Of a DNA stretch of 25,700 bases, positions 7,704 to 16,274 are shown in pieces. The notes under the pieces were generated by a model. It worked only from the letters and a program-made list of their open reading frames with translations, searched no databases and was not told the DNA's origin. The position numbers and the translations under genes were made by a program. Positions within the stretch are counted from its first letter, which is position 1; the number at the start of each line of letters is the position of its first letter. The stretch comes from an uncultured bacterium (GTDB lineage: Bacteria > Abyssobacteria > SURF-5), in NCBI GenBank assembly GCA_964607485.1, contig CAZSKP010000028.1, positions 38,087 to 63,786 of the forward strand. The letters are read 5' to 3'.

Positions 7704-8834
7704 TCAACGGGCCTTGTTCTTCTCCGCCTCCTCGACGTAGCAGCGCAACGGCTGCGTGAATACGTTGTCCGAGCACTGGTTGCATGAGATGCAGGTGGCT
7801 TTTCTAAGGTCGCCGTCTTTCCAGCGCTTGATGAGCTGCGGCTCGCGGATGAGCGGTCTGGAGAGGGAGACCATGTCGGCCAGCCCGTCCGAAAGAACTT
7901 TTTCGATCACCTTCGGGCTCCGCATTCCGCCCACAAGGATGAGCGGAATGCTCACGGTTTTTCTGAGCGCTTCGGCATACGGCCGTAAATATGCTTCCTT
8001 TTCTTCTTTGTTTATCCCCGGCCGACTCATTTCGTTTCGCGTCTCATATATTCCGGCGGTTACCTCGATGCAGTCGATGCCGGCTTCTGCGATGACGGCC
8101 GCGACGCGCGCCACCTCGTCCTTTGTGAGTCCGCCCGGAACAAAATCGTCGCAGTTCATCTTTATCATGACGGGAAAATCCTCGCCGATGAGTTCGCGCG
8201 CGCGCCGAACTATTTCCACTATTATCCTCGCGCGTCCGGCGGTGTCGCCGCCGTACTCGTCGGTGCGGCGGTTGGTGTAGGGCGAGATGAAGTTGCTGAT
8301 GAGGTAGCCGTGTCCCCCGTGAAGCTGGACGGCATCGAAGCTGGCCTCTTTCACGCGGCGGCAGGCCTGCGCGAACTGTTCGACCATATCCCCTATTTCG
8401 GCGGCGGTCATCTCGCGGGGCATTGTGCCGAAGGTTTTCTCCTCGACGGCCGACGGAGCAATGGGCGGCTCACCCCCACGCAGTATCGGGTTCTCCTGCC
8501 TGCCCGGATGCACAATCTGCATGGCTATCGCGGCGCCGCGCGAGTGCACGTCCTTCACAATCGGCTTCCATGCGGCTATCACGCTGTCGTTGTCTATAAA
8601 CGTGGGATACGGGAGGTCTTCACCCTCAGGAAAGGGAATCTTGAACCGTTCGAGAAGTGCGGCGCTCGTTACAATCAGTCCGACCTGACCGTCGGCGTAC
8701 GTATTGTAGAGCTTTGCCAACTTCTTGCTGGGCTCGCCCGTGGGTGTTCCCATCCCCTCGTACGTCGCAGAGCGGACGAGTTTGTTGCGTATCTTCAGGT
8801 TCTTGATTTGTGCCGGTTCGAACATGATGGACAT
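7704..8834 (-). CDS. NADH:flavin oxidoreductase (old yellow enzyme-like)
   Basis: IRNKLVRSAT, QIVHPGRQ, QLHGGHGYLISNFISPYTNRRTDEYGG, SLSRPLIREP, C-terminal CISCNQC; AAGGAAGG RBS. Confidence 0.93.
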   Translation of the reverse strand: MSIMFEPAQIKNLKIRNKLVRSATYEGMGTPTGEPSKKLAKLYNTYADGQVGLIVTSAALLERFKIPFPEGEDLPYPTFIDNDSVIAAWKPIVKDVHSRGAAIAMQIVHPGRQENPILRGGEPPIAPSAVEEKTFGTMPREMTAAEIGDMVEQFAQACRRVKEASFDAVQLHGGHGYLISNFISPYTNRRTDEYGGDTAGRARIIVEIVRRARELIGEDFPVMIKMNCDDFVPGGLTKDEVARVAAVIAEAGIDCIEVTAGIYETRNEMSRPGINKEEKEAYLRPYAEALRKTVSIPLILVGGMRSPKVIEKVLSDGLADMVSLSRPLIREPQLIKRWKDGDLRKATCISCNQCSDNVFTQPLRCYVEEAEKNKAR

Positions 8835-8875
8835 TGCTTACCTTCCTTCTTGATTGAAACCCTTTGTTGGTTTTG

Positions 8876-8940
8876 TTCTGGGGACAGTCCCGAATCTACG
8901 GCCTCGACAAGCTCGGCCCGTAATTCTTGGGACAGTCCCC
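8876..8940. repeat. Two copies of the palindromic GGGACAGTCCC unit
   Basis: TTCTGGGGACAGTCCC (8876-8891) and TTCTTGGGACAGTCCC (8924-8939), 15/16 identical. Confidence 0.7.
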
Positions 8941-8982
8941 GCCGCAATCCATTTGCTGGGACACGAGAGCACATTCCGGGAA

Positions 8983-9879
8983 TCATTCCGTCCGCTTTTC
9001 CTCGAGCAGCAATCGGTAAAGCTCTCGCCGCGTGATGCCAAGCTCCTTGGCTGCTTTTCGCATCGCGTCTTTTTTGGAAAGCCCTTCGTCGCGCATTAAT
9101 TTTTTCACGACTTCGCCGGCGTTCGACGGGGCCGTGTCTGCCGGCTGTTCCTCAAGGTGGGAGGTGCCTTCAATCACAATCACACACTCGCCTCGCGGCT
9201 TTTGCTCTTGGAAATGGCCCGCGACCTCCGCGGCGGTTCCGCGCAGCACCTGCTCAAATTTCTTTGTCAACTCGCGCGCGACGGCAACCTTTCTTTCCGG
9301 AAATAAGTCCGCGACGGTTTCCAGCAGGGTCACGAGACGGTTTGGCGACTCAAACAGGATGGCCGTCGCCTCGTTTCTCAAAATGTCTTCGATGCATCGC
9401 TTTCGTTCCCCGGATTTTCTGGGGACGAAGCCGATAAAGGAGAACCTGTCGGTCGGCATGCCGGAGAGCACGAGCGCGCTGATGATGGAGCTGGGTCCCG
9501 GCGCGGCCGTCACCTCGATTTTTTCCTCCAGCGCCCGCGCTATCAGGTCGTGCCCGGGGTCGGAGATGCCCGGCATGCCGGCATCGCTCACGAGCGCCAC
9601 CCGAGCGCCTTGCTTCAGTTTCTCGATGAGCCGCGGCGTTTGGGTTCTCTTGTTGTGCTCGTGATAGGAGGCCATCGGCGTGTGAATGTCGTATCGCGAG
9701 AGCAGCTTGCGGGTCCGGCGCGTGTCTTCGGCGGCGATGAGGTCGGCCTCTTTGAGCACGCGAAGCGCGCGCAGGGTCACATCTTCCAGATTGCCTATGG
9801 GGGTGCCGACGACGTAGAGCGTGCCCGCGGTTGGTGACTTGCTTTCGCGGATGTTGCTCTTGGCGCTCATGGGATTCAT
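8983..9879 (-). CDS. rsmI: 16S rRNA (cytidine1402-2'-O)-methyltransferase
   Basis: GTLYVVGTPIGNLEDVTLRA, AAEDTRRT, VSDAGMPGISDPG, FESPNR, ARELTKKFE. Start uncertain (ATG 9879 or 9870). Confidence 0.95.
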   Translation of the reverse strand: MNPMSAKSNIRESKSPTAGTLYVVGTPIGNLEDVTLRALRVLKEADLIAAEDTRRTRKLLSRYDIHTPMASYHEHNKRTQTPRLIEKLKQGARVALVSDAGMPGISDPGHDLIARALEEKIEVTAAPGPSSIISALVLSGMPTDRFSFIGFVPRKSGERKRCIEDILRNEATAILFESPNRLVTLLETVADLFPERKVAVARELTKKFEQVLRGTAAEVAGHFQEQKPRGECVIVIEGTSHLEEQPADTAPSNAGEVVKKLMRDEGLSKKDAMRKAAKELGITRRELYRLLLEEKRTE

Positions 9880-9899
9880 TCGGGGAAATGCGCGGCCGG

Positions 9900-10724
9900 T
9901 CACACCCCCCAATCGCGGGGGTAGCGGAAATCCCTGTCGATCGTGCGGTGGGAGATCTTTGCAATTACGGGCAATCTTCGCTTGTACTGGCTGTACTGAA
10001 GCTTATGGAACACGTTCCGGATGAACGTTTCCTCGTAGCCGGCCTCGATCAGTTCCGAGACCGTGAAACGTTTATCCACCATGAGGTACAGGAGCCTGTC
10101 AACTTCGCGGTAGGTAAAGCCAAGTTCGGCCTCGTCGGTTTGCCCCACCCACAGGTCGGCGCTCGGTGGTTTCCCTACAATCTCGTCGGGTACTCCGAGG
10201 AATTCCGCAAGTTGCCAGACCTGCGTCTTGTACAGGTCGCCCAGCGGATTGACCGCGCAGGCCATGTCTCCCCACAGCGTCGTGTAGCCGAGCAGAAACT
10301 CCGTCTTGTTGCTCGTCCCGAGAACGAGCGCCTCGTGCTCGGCGGATTTGTCGTAGAGCACGATCATCCGCTGGCGGGCCATCACATTGCCGCGGCGTTT
10401 GTTGTCGGCATCGGGATATTTCTCAAAGTATGCGTCGGTCATAGGGGTGATCTCGACGGTTTCGCTCCGGATGCCGGTCTTTGCGACCACTTCCCCGGCG
10501 TCGCGGATGCTGTCGGGGTTGCTGGTCTTGTAAGGCATAATGATGCCCCATACGTTTTCCTTGCCGAGCGCACGCGCAGCGAGGAAGGCAGAGGTGGATG
10601 AATCCACCCCGCCGGATATTCCGACGACGACGTGCTTGAACCCTATCTTTGTCACCTCTTCCCTGATGAATCGGGTCAGAATCTCGGTCACCGTCTCGGC
10701 GTTTATATCGAGCTCATTGGTCAT
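9900..10724 (-). CDS. nadE: NAD+ synthetase, synthetase-only subunit
   Basis: [10 protein letters not shown]-loop, [44 protein letters not shown]. Confidence 0.96.
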   Translation of the reverse strand: MTNELDINAETVTEILTRFIREEVTKIGFKHVVVGISGGVDSSTSAFLAARALGKENVWGIIMPYKTSNPDSIRDAGEVVAKTGIRSETVEITPMTDAYFEKYPDADNKRRGNVMARQRMIVLYDKSAEHEALVLGTSNKTEFLLGYTTLWGDMACAVNPLGDLYKTQVWQLAEFLGVPDEIVGKPPSADLWVGQTDEAELGFTYREVDRLLYLMVDKRFTVSELIEAGYEETFIRNVFHKLQYSQYKRRLPVIAKISHRTIDRDFRYPRDWGV

Positions 10725-11577
10725 CGTTCAGTCTCTCCCGCACGGCTATGCGACGAAGCTCCCTCAGGGTCAGCAGAAGCCGTTCGTCTCTCCTCATGGG
10801 TGTGTACATCCGCGCGCGCCTGGTTTTTTCCGAATCGATATCGACCACGAGAAGCTCTTCATCCAGATACTTTGCCTTGCCGATCAGCTTGCAGTCGGGG
10901 TCGATCACCTCCGAGCCGCCCCAGAACGTGAGCCCGTCTTCGCAGCCGACGCGGTTCGCGAAAATCACATAGCAGCAAAACGACCTCGCATAGGTGCGGT
11001 TCAGGTTCTCCCATATGTCATAGACGTCGAGGCCTTGCTTCGCCCTCATCCCTCGGGCGGGGCTGCTCGCCATGTGTATCATGATGTCCGCGCCGTCGGC
11101 ACTGAGGATGCAGCCGGCGGACAGATGCCAGGCGTCTTCGCATATGAGGATTCCCATGCGTCCGAACTTGGTATCGAATGCGCAAACGGAGTCGCCCGCC
11201 GCGAAGTAGCGGAGCTCGTCGAACATGCCATATGTGGGCAGGTACGCCTTGCGGTGCCTGTGAACGATGCGGCCGTCCTCCAGATACAGCGCGGAATTGT
11301 AGAACCTGTGGTCGGCGCTTTCCTCGACATATCCAATCACCAGCGAAATGTTGCGACTGTGCTCTATCATCCTGCTGATTACGAGATGCTCGTCGTGCAT
11401 GGCGACCACGGGGACCATGTCGCGCAGATAATAGCCGGTCAGGCCGAGTTCGGGGAAAACGAGCAGGTCCACGCCCTTTTCCACCGCTTCCTCTATAACG
11501 CGCTCGGCAATTTGAAGATTGGTCGCCACATTGCCCAGCGTGGGCTTAATCTGCGCCACCCCGACCGTTGTTTTCAT
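10714..11577 (-). CDS. Nitrilase-superfamily C-N hydrolase, probable glutaminase subunit of NAD+ synthetase
   Basis: Glu-Lys-Cys triad contexts [29 protein letters not shown]; overlaps nadE by 11 nt. The track start is 11598. Confidence 0.9.
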   Translation of the reverse strand: MKTTVGVAQIKPTLGNVATNLQIAERVIEEAVEKGVDLLVFPELGLTGYYLRDMVPVVAMHDEHLVISRMIEHSRNISLVIGYVEESADHRFYNSALYLEDGRIVHRHRKAYLPTYGMFDELRYFAAGDSVCAFDTKFGRMGILICEDAWHLSAGCILSADGADIMIHMASSPARGMRAKQGLDVYDIWENLNRTYARSFCCYVIFANRVGCEDGLTFWGGSEVIDPDCKLIGKAKYLDEELLVVDIDSEKTRRARMYTPMRRDERLLLTLRELRRIAVRERLNDDQ

Positions 11578-11643
11578 CCCGTAATCCGGCTCCCTCACCC
11601 GCTTGAGAAAGGCAGCATCCTCGACACCCTATCCGTTTTTAAG

Positions 11644-11673
11644 AAGGTAACACACCGCGTTCAGCCTTGTCAA
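11644..11673 (-). promoter_or_regulatory. Probable sigma70 promoter of the glutaminase-nadE-rsmI operon
   Basis: Minus strand reads TTGACA-N18-TACCTT with TG one base upstream of the -10. Confidence 0.5.
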
Positions 11674-11731
11674 TGTTTCGCGTCGAGAGCGCGAGGCGGG
11701 TCGGGCCACGCCCGTCCACACAAACCCCGGC

Positions 11732-11760
11732 TTGACAAGGGCCAGTTTTGCTTCTATAAT
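11732..11760 (+). promoter_or_regulatory. sigma70 promoter, perfect consensus
   Basis: TTGACA-N17-TATAAT, divergent from the nadE operon promoter. Confidence 0.85.
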
Positions 11761-11990
11761 TAATTTACTGCTGCACGCACGTTACTGGACGCGGGGCGCC
11801 GTTATCGAATTCTTTTCGGCTGCCTAGAGATTTCCCGGATCATGAGCGGAAGAAGTATGCGCAGAACCCGCCGGCGGGCGGTAAGACGCCTGCGCGTGTC
11901 GCCATCTGTCACGGTTCGGAGCCGGACGATAGCGGCCGGATGCAGGATGAATGCCCAGTCGGGTCGCACTGCCATTAGGGAGAGTGCACG

Positions 11991-12197
11991 GTGAAACGAT
12001 TCTATTACTCGGCAGTTCGGAACAACAAAGAATGCGAGGGCATTATCCGGGCCGATTCGATCGATTCGGCCAAGAGCAAGCTGCTGGAAGACGGCTACGA
12101 GGAGATAACCCTGAGCATTTTGAGCTCTCTTCCCGCTAATTTCGACGAAGAAAAGCGATCCGAAGAGAACGGCCCCCCGCAGTCCTCTCGCAAGTAG
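11991..12197 (+). CDS. Small protein resembling the N-terminal domain of PilC/GspF
   Basis: AGGGAG RBS, GTG start; MKRFYYSAVRNNKECEGIIRADSIDSAKSKLLEDGY fits the F-x-Y-x-A...G-x-I-x-A-x-S...A...L...G pattern. Confidence 0.65.
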   Translation: MKRFYYSAVRNNKECEGIIRADSIDSAKSKLLEDGYEEITLSILSSLPANFDEEKRSEENGPPQSSRK

Positions 12198-12400
12198 CCG
12201 CGCATGTGACCTCTCCGGCCATTTTCCAATGTTCCCCCTGATTATTCCTTCCTTTAGGCACAATAGGGTCGTTCTATTCCGCCATGCTTGCTTTTGGGCT
12301 CGTCGGTGTGGTACATTCCCACGTGCGCCATAAATGGCGCCGATGCGATACCGGTTTATTCCCAAGATTCATCAGCAGAGATGAGGGTGTAACGACCGCC

Positions 12401-13780
12401 ATGCATAAACAGCGGATACTGATAGTCGAGGACGAAGACATCCAGCGAAGGCAGTTGGCCCGCGCTCTGGCCGGGCCCGACCGCGTTATTGCGGAGGCAC
12501 GCTCGGGCGAGGATGCGTTGAAGTCTTTGGCCGGGGACCGTTTCGACCTCGTCATTTCCGACATAAGAATGCCCGGGATCTCGGGGCTCGATCTGGTGAG
12601 GAGGATTAAGAGCATTTATCCGCATACGTCGCTGTTGTTGATAACCGCCCATGGAACGGTTGACTCGGCAATCGAGGCGATGAAGATCGGAGTAGAGGAC
12701 TACTTGACAAAGCCGTTCGGAAGCGATGAGTTGGAGATCATAATCGAGAAGATCTTTGAGAAGCGTGAGCTCCTTGCTGAGAACATCCTGCTGAGAGAAC
12801 AGCTTGAGTCGCAGTTCGGCTTTGAAAATATAATCAGCAAGAACCACAAGATGCAGAAAGTATTCCGGACGATCAGTTCCGTCGCCCCCACCGACAGCAC
12901 GATCGTGATACAGGGAGAAACGGGCACGGGAAAGGAACTGATAGCGAAGGCGATTCATTTCAACAGTCTCCGAAAGGACAAACGCTTCGTTGCGGTCGAT
13001 TGCGGCGCCCTGCCCGACACGCTGCTCGATACCGAACTCTTCGGCCACGAGAAAGGCGCGTTCACAAGCGCGACCGCCCGGAGAATCGGAAAGCTGGAAT
13101 ACGCCGACCACGGCACACTGTTCCTGGACGAGGTCAGCAATATGTCTCCGGCCACGCAGATGAAGGTGCTGCGTGCACTCGAGGAGAAGCAGTTTCAGCG
13201 ACTCGGCAGCAACGAATCCATCAAAGTAGATATAAGGCTCATAGCCGCGACCAATACCGACCTGCGGGCGCTCGTGCGCGACGGCAGGTTCAGGCAAGAC
13301 TTGTACTATCGGCTGAGCGTTATCCCTCTGAATATCCCCCCTCTGCGCGAACGCCTCGAAGACATTCCGCTCCTTGCCCGGCATTTTCTGAAAATGTACG
13401 GCCAAAGGATGGGCAGAAACGTCGATGAGATTACTCACGACGCGGTGAAGAAGCTCATGAAATACGACTGGCCGGGCAACGTGCGTGAGTTGGAGAACGT
13501 CATGGAACGAGCGGTGGCCACAGTGGCCGGAAACTGCATAGATGAGAGCGACCTTCCCGACGTGGGAGAGTCCGGCGGCGGAATGCCTTCTGCGAATCAA
13601 TCCCTCATAGACGTACCTTTGCCGGAAAGGACGGAGGAGCTGGAGAAGACATACCTCATGGAACTTCTCGGGCGCTACGGCGGCAAGACCGACCTGGCGG
13701 CCGAAAAGGCAGGTCTGACGCTGAGAACGCTCCAAAGAAAATTGAAAAATTACGGAATCAAGTCCGAGAGCTTTAAATAG
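12401..13780 (+). CDS. sigma54-dependent response regulator (NtrC/AtoC family)
   Basis: Receiver domain (ILIVEDE, ISDIRMPG, YLTKPF), AAA+ domain (GETGTGKE, GAFTSA, LFLDEV, WPGNVRELEN), Fis-type HTH. ATG at 12401 starts the receiver domain. Confidence 0.95.
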   Translation: MHKQRILIVEDEDIQRRQLARALAGPDRVIAEARSGEDALKSLAGDRFDLVISDIRMPGISGLDLVRRIKSIYPHTSLLLITAHGTVDSAIEAMKIGVEDYLTKPFGSDELEIIIEKIFEKRELLAENILLREQLESQFGFENIISKNHKMQKVFRTISSVAPTDSTIVIQGETGTGKELIAKAIHFNSLRKDKRFVAVDCGALPDTLLDTELFGHEKGAFTSATARRIGKLEYADHGTLFLDEVSNMSPATQMKVLRALEEKQFQRLGSNESIKVDIRLIAATNTDLRALVRDGRFRQDLYYRLSVIPLNIPPLRERLEDIPLLARHFLKMYGQRMGRNVDEITHDAVKKLMKYDWPGNVRELENVMERAVATVAGNCIDESDLPDVGESGGGMPSANQSLIDVPLPERTEELEKTYLMELLGRYGGKTDLAAEKAGLTLRTLQRKLKNYGIKSESFK

Positions 13781-13813
13781 CAGCGGCTCAATTCAACCAG
13801 CCGCATATTGCCC

Positions 13814-13916
13814 CGCGTCATTTCTGTCGTATCACCCGAAAAGAGACCGCTTCGTTACCCCTTATCTTTGAATGAGTTACCTCCATCGTGGCGGCAAAGC
13901 GCGTCATTCCTGTCGT
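13814..13916 (+). promoter_or_regulatory. Two candidate upstream activator (enhancer) sites
   Basis: CGCGTCATTTCTGTCGT (13814-13830) and CGCGTCATTCCTGTCGT (13900-13916), 16/17 identical imperfect palindromes 100-200 nt upstream of a sigma54 site. Confidence 0.65.
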
Positions 13917-14017
13917 CCACTCCCGTTCCCAATGCAAACAGTTTACCCACCTTGGAGGCTTCCCAATCCCTTCCATTCCAAAGAGATGCGGTTTGAGCGT
14001 TCATTGCTCCATCTTCG

Positions 14018-14034
14018 TTGGCAGCATAGTTGCT
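14018..14034 (+). promoter_or_regulatory. sigma54 (-24/-12) promoter
   Basis: TTGGCAGCATAGTTGCT, GG-N10-GC spacing, about 70 nt upstream of the ATG at 14103. Confidence 0.8.
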
Positions 14035-14102
14035 TAATCTCTTTCAAACGTCATGAGGTGAGAAGGCAATAAGGGACGCCATTCAGCGGAGGGAAACTTC
14101 AA

Positions 14103-14333
14103 ATGCTCTTCGAAATCGTTTTCACGGCTGATACGGGGAAAAACGGATTTTCGGCTTATGTGAAGAGGTTGGCTCCACAAAGCGGACTCGAGCTTATCGA
14201 ACACTGTCCCCGGTCCACCGTAGTTGAGGGGGAGTGGGAAGCAGCTATGGGTTTCGCTCGCCAATGTCAAGAGTACGTGTTGGAGCATGAGGGCGGTCCC
14301 CAAACAATGACGACCATTCATATCCATTCTTGA
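14103..14333 (+). CDS. MTH1187/YkoF thiamine-binding-like small protein, divergent
   Basis: GGAGGG RBS; SGL...P-x-STVVEGEWE and C-terminal TTIHI fit the family pattern. Confidence 0.7.
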   Translation: MLFEIVFTADTGKNGFSAYVKRLAPQSGLELIEHCPRSTVVEGEWEAAMGFARQCQEYVLEHEGGPQTMTTIHIHS

Positions 14334-14365
14334 AGCGCAGGCCCTCGTTTGCATGGAGAAGACAA

Positions 14366-14599
14366 GTGGCGAAGGTTAACAGAAACCACAACCTGCGAGT
14401 TTACCGCAAGAAGAACGACAAACATGGCAGCGGAAGTGTGTGTCCGTATATTCGACTTTGGCCCGTAGCCTCCTGTCACGCAAAGACCGGCCGAATTTAT
14501 GTACCGGCAGATGAAAAAGTCGAAACTTTGTGTTCTACTTTGGCTTACCACGGTTGTTCTTTCTTCCGACAGAAGCTGGAGTTGGGATTCGAGACATGA
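14366..14599 (+). CDS. Small four-cysteine hypothetical protein
   Basis: GTG after GGAG (alternative TTG at 14330 overlaps the upstream stop); CPY-x8-CHA...YVP...LC...YHGCSFF; the stop overlaps the next ATG (ATGA). Confidence 0.6.
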   Translation: MAKVNRNHNLRVYRKKNDKHGSGSVCPYIRLWPVASCHAKTGRIYVPADEKVETLCSTLAYHGCSFFRQKLELGFET

Positions 14600-14724
14600 A
14601 GGCGTTTTCCCCCTTTGACTATCACGAGCCCGATTCACGAGCAGCCTCTTTTACGTTGCGCCCAAGCGCATGCTTCCTCCCGATGCATGCCTTCTCCCTA
14701 AGCGTGACCAGCGGTGTCGGCTGA
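14596..14724 (+). pseudogene. Possible 5' remnant of a CoxM/XdhB-type FAD subunit gene
   Basis: ATGA-coupled MKAFSPFDYHEPDS resembles CoxM-family N-termini; similarity ends after about 14 codons. Confidence 0.4.
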
Positions 14725-14749
14725 ACGCGAGCGAAGCCGACACCGCTGG
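14708..14749. terminator. Perfect 15-bp stem hairpin
   Basis: CCAGCGGTGTCGGCT-N12-AGCCGACACCGCTGG; no U-tract, so the role is uncertain. Confidence 0.5.
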
Positions 14750-14838
14750 CACTCTCCCTACCACCGCACAATGCCTCCTAAAACATTGTTTCAGTATACG
14801 AAAAAACGGTTTTCCCGGGCCATATTTTGGCGCAGGAC

Positions 14839-14867
14839 TTGAAAACCGTCTCGAATAGTAGTAGTAT
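14839..14867 (+). promoter_or_regulatory. Probable sigma70 promoter of the aminotransferase
   Basis: TTGAAA-N17-TAGTAT. Confidence 0.55.
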
Positions 14868-14935
14868 CTATGGGTACATTGCCTGTCTCAGGACGAATCT
14901 TCCCGTAACGAATAACAAAGAGGAGACTGCCGAAC

Positions 14936-16165
14936 ATGCGAACGTTTGAAAAATCTTATAGCCTTTTCGATCGCGCTTCAAAGGTACTTCCGGGTGGCAT
15001 TCCCGGTCACCAGAGTCCCACGCTTCTCGTATTCGGTTCGTCTCCGTGTTTCATCGAGCGGGCCGAGGGACCGCGCTTCTGGGATGTGGACGGAAACGAG
15101 TACATCGACTACATGTGCGCATACGGGCCGATGGCGCTCGGTTACAACCATCCCAAGATCGAACAGGCCGCCCGCTCGCAAGCCGAGAAGACCGACACCG
15201 GCAACCTGCCCAGCGAACGGTATGTTGAACTCGCCGAGAGATTGGTCGGTGTAGTGCCGATAGCCGACTGGGCCATTTTCGGCAAGAACGGCTCTGATGC
15301 GACGACCTATGCCTGCCGGGTCGCGCGCGCTCATACGGGCCGGAATAAAGTCGTCATGGCCGCGGAAACCTACCACGGCATAGGCGGATGGTGCACCCCG
15401 TTCACGACGGGCATCACGCCCGAGGAGCGGGCCAACATGCTGACCTTCGAGTACAACGATACGGACGCATTTACGCGTCTCATGGAAGAGAATAAGGACC
15501 AAGTCGGCGGAGTGATCCTCACGCCCTTCCGGCACGAAGCGTTCCACGATTCCGAGATGCCGGCTCCGGGCTTTCTCGAGACTGTCCGCAAGGCGTGCGA
15601 CGACATCGGAGCCGTGTTCATCGTGGACGACGTTCGCGCCGGTTTTCGGATGCATATGGGCGGATCGCTCGAGCGCTTCGGTGTCAAGCCCGACCTCATC
15701 TGCTTCTCGAAAGCGCTCGGCAACGGGCACCCCATCTCCGCATGCGTGGGTCGAGACAGCTTGAAGGACGCCGCGTCGCAGGTGTTCTTCACCGGCTCGT
15801 TCTTCACGAGCGCCGTGCCCATGGCAGCTGCGCTGGCAACGCTCGACGAGATGGAAGCCATCGACTCGGTCGAGGTGATGTATGAGCGGGGCGAAATGCT
15901 GAAGGACGGCATGCTCGACCAGGCCGATGCGCATGGCCAGGAGGTAAGCTACAGCGGCCCCGAAACCCTCCCGTTCATGACCTTCAAGAGCGAGGACGGC
16001 TGGGAAAGGTCGAAACTCTTCTGCCAGGAGTGCTACCAGCGCGGTGTGTTCTTCCACCCGTTCCACAACTGGTTCATCTCGGCTGCGCACACCGAGGAGG
16101 ACATCAAGAAGACGCTCGAGGCGACCGACGCCGCCTTCAAGCGTGTGAAGGAAGAGATGGGCTAG
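14936..16165 (+). CDS. Class III PLP aminotransferase (glutamate-1-semialdehyde aminomutase-like)
   Basis: WDVDGNEYIDY, KNGSDAT, YHG, IVDDVRAGFR, CFSKALGNG (PLP lysine); AGAGGAG RBS. Confidence 0.92.
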   Translation: MRTFEKSYSLFDRASKVLPGGIPGHQSPTLLVFGSSPCFIERAEGPRFWDVDGNEYIDYMCAYGPMALGYNHPKIEQAARSQAEKTDTGNLPSERYVELAERLVGVVPIADWAIFGKNGSDATTYACRVARAHTGRNKVVMAAETYHGIGGWCTPFTTGITPEERANMLTFEYNDTDAFTRLMEENKDQVGGVILTPFRHEAFHDSEMPAPGFLETVRKACDDIGAVFIVDDVRAGFRMHMGGSLERFGVKPDLICFSKALGNGHPISACVGRDSLKDAASQVFFTGSFFTSAVPMAAALATLDEMEAIDSVEVMYERGEMLKDGMLDQADAHGQEVSYSGPETLPFMTFKSEDGWERSKLFCQECYQRGVFFHPFHNWFISAAHTEEDIKKTLEATDAAFKRVKEEMG

Positions 16166-16204
16166 TCTCTGTCAACTTTGTTTTAAGCTATCGATTTGTT
16201 TTTA

Positions 16205-16231
16205 TAGGGGCGCACGGCCGTGCGCCTCTAC
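16205..16231. repeat. GTAG-family REP-like palindrome between convergent genes
   Basis: Minus strand reads GTAGAGGCGCACGGCCGTGCGCCCCTA. Confidence 0.7.
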
Positions 16232-16274
16232 GTAATTGCACGTCCATCCCCACGAAGATGATTATGACCATCCA

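Noticed and set aside
14936-16165. Calling the aminotransferase hemL
   Set aside because: It lacks the usual GGVNSPVR and FDEVMTGFR signatures and has no tetrapyrrole gene context.
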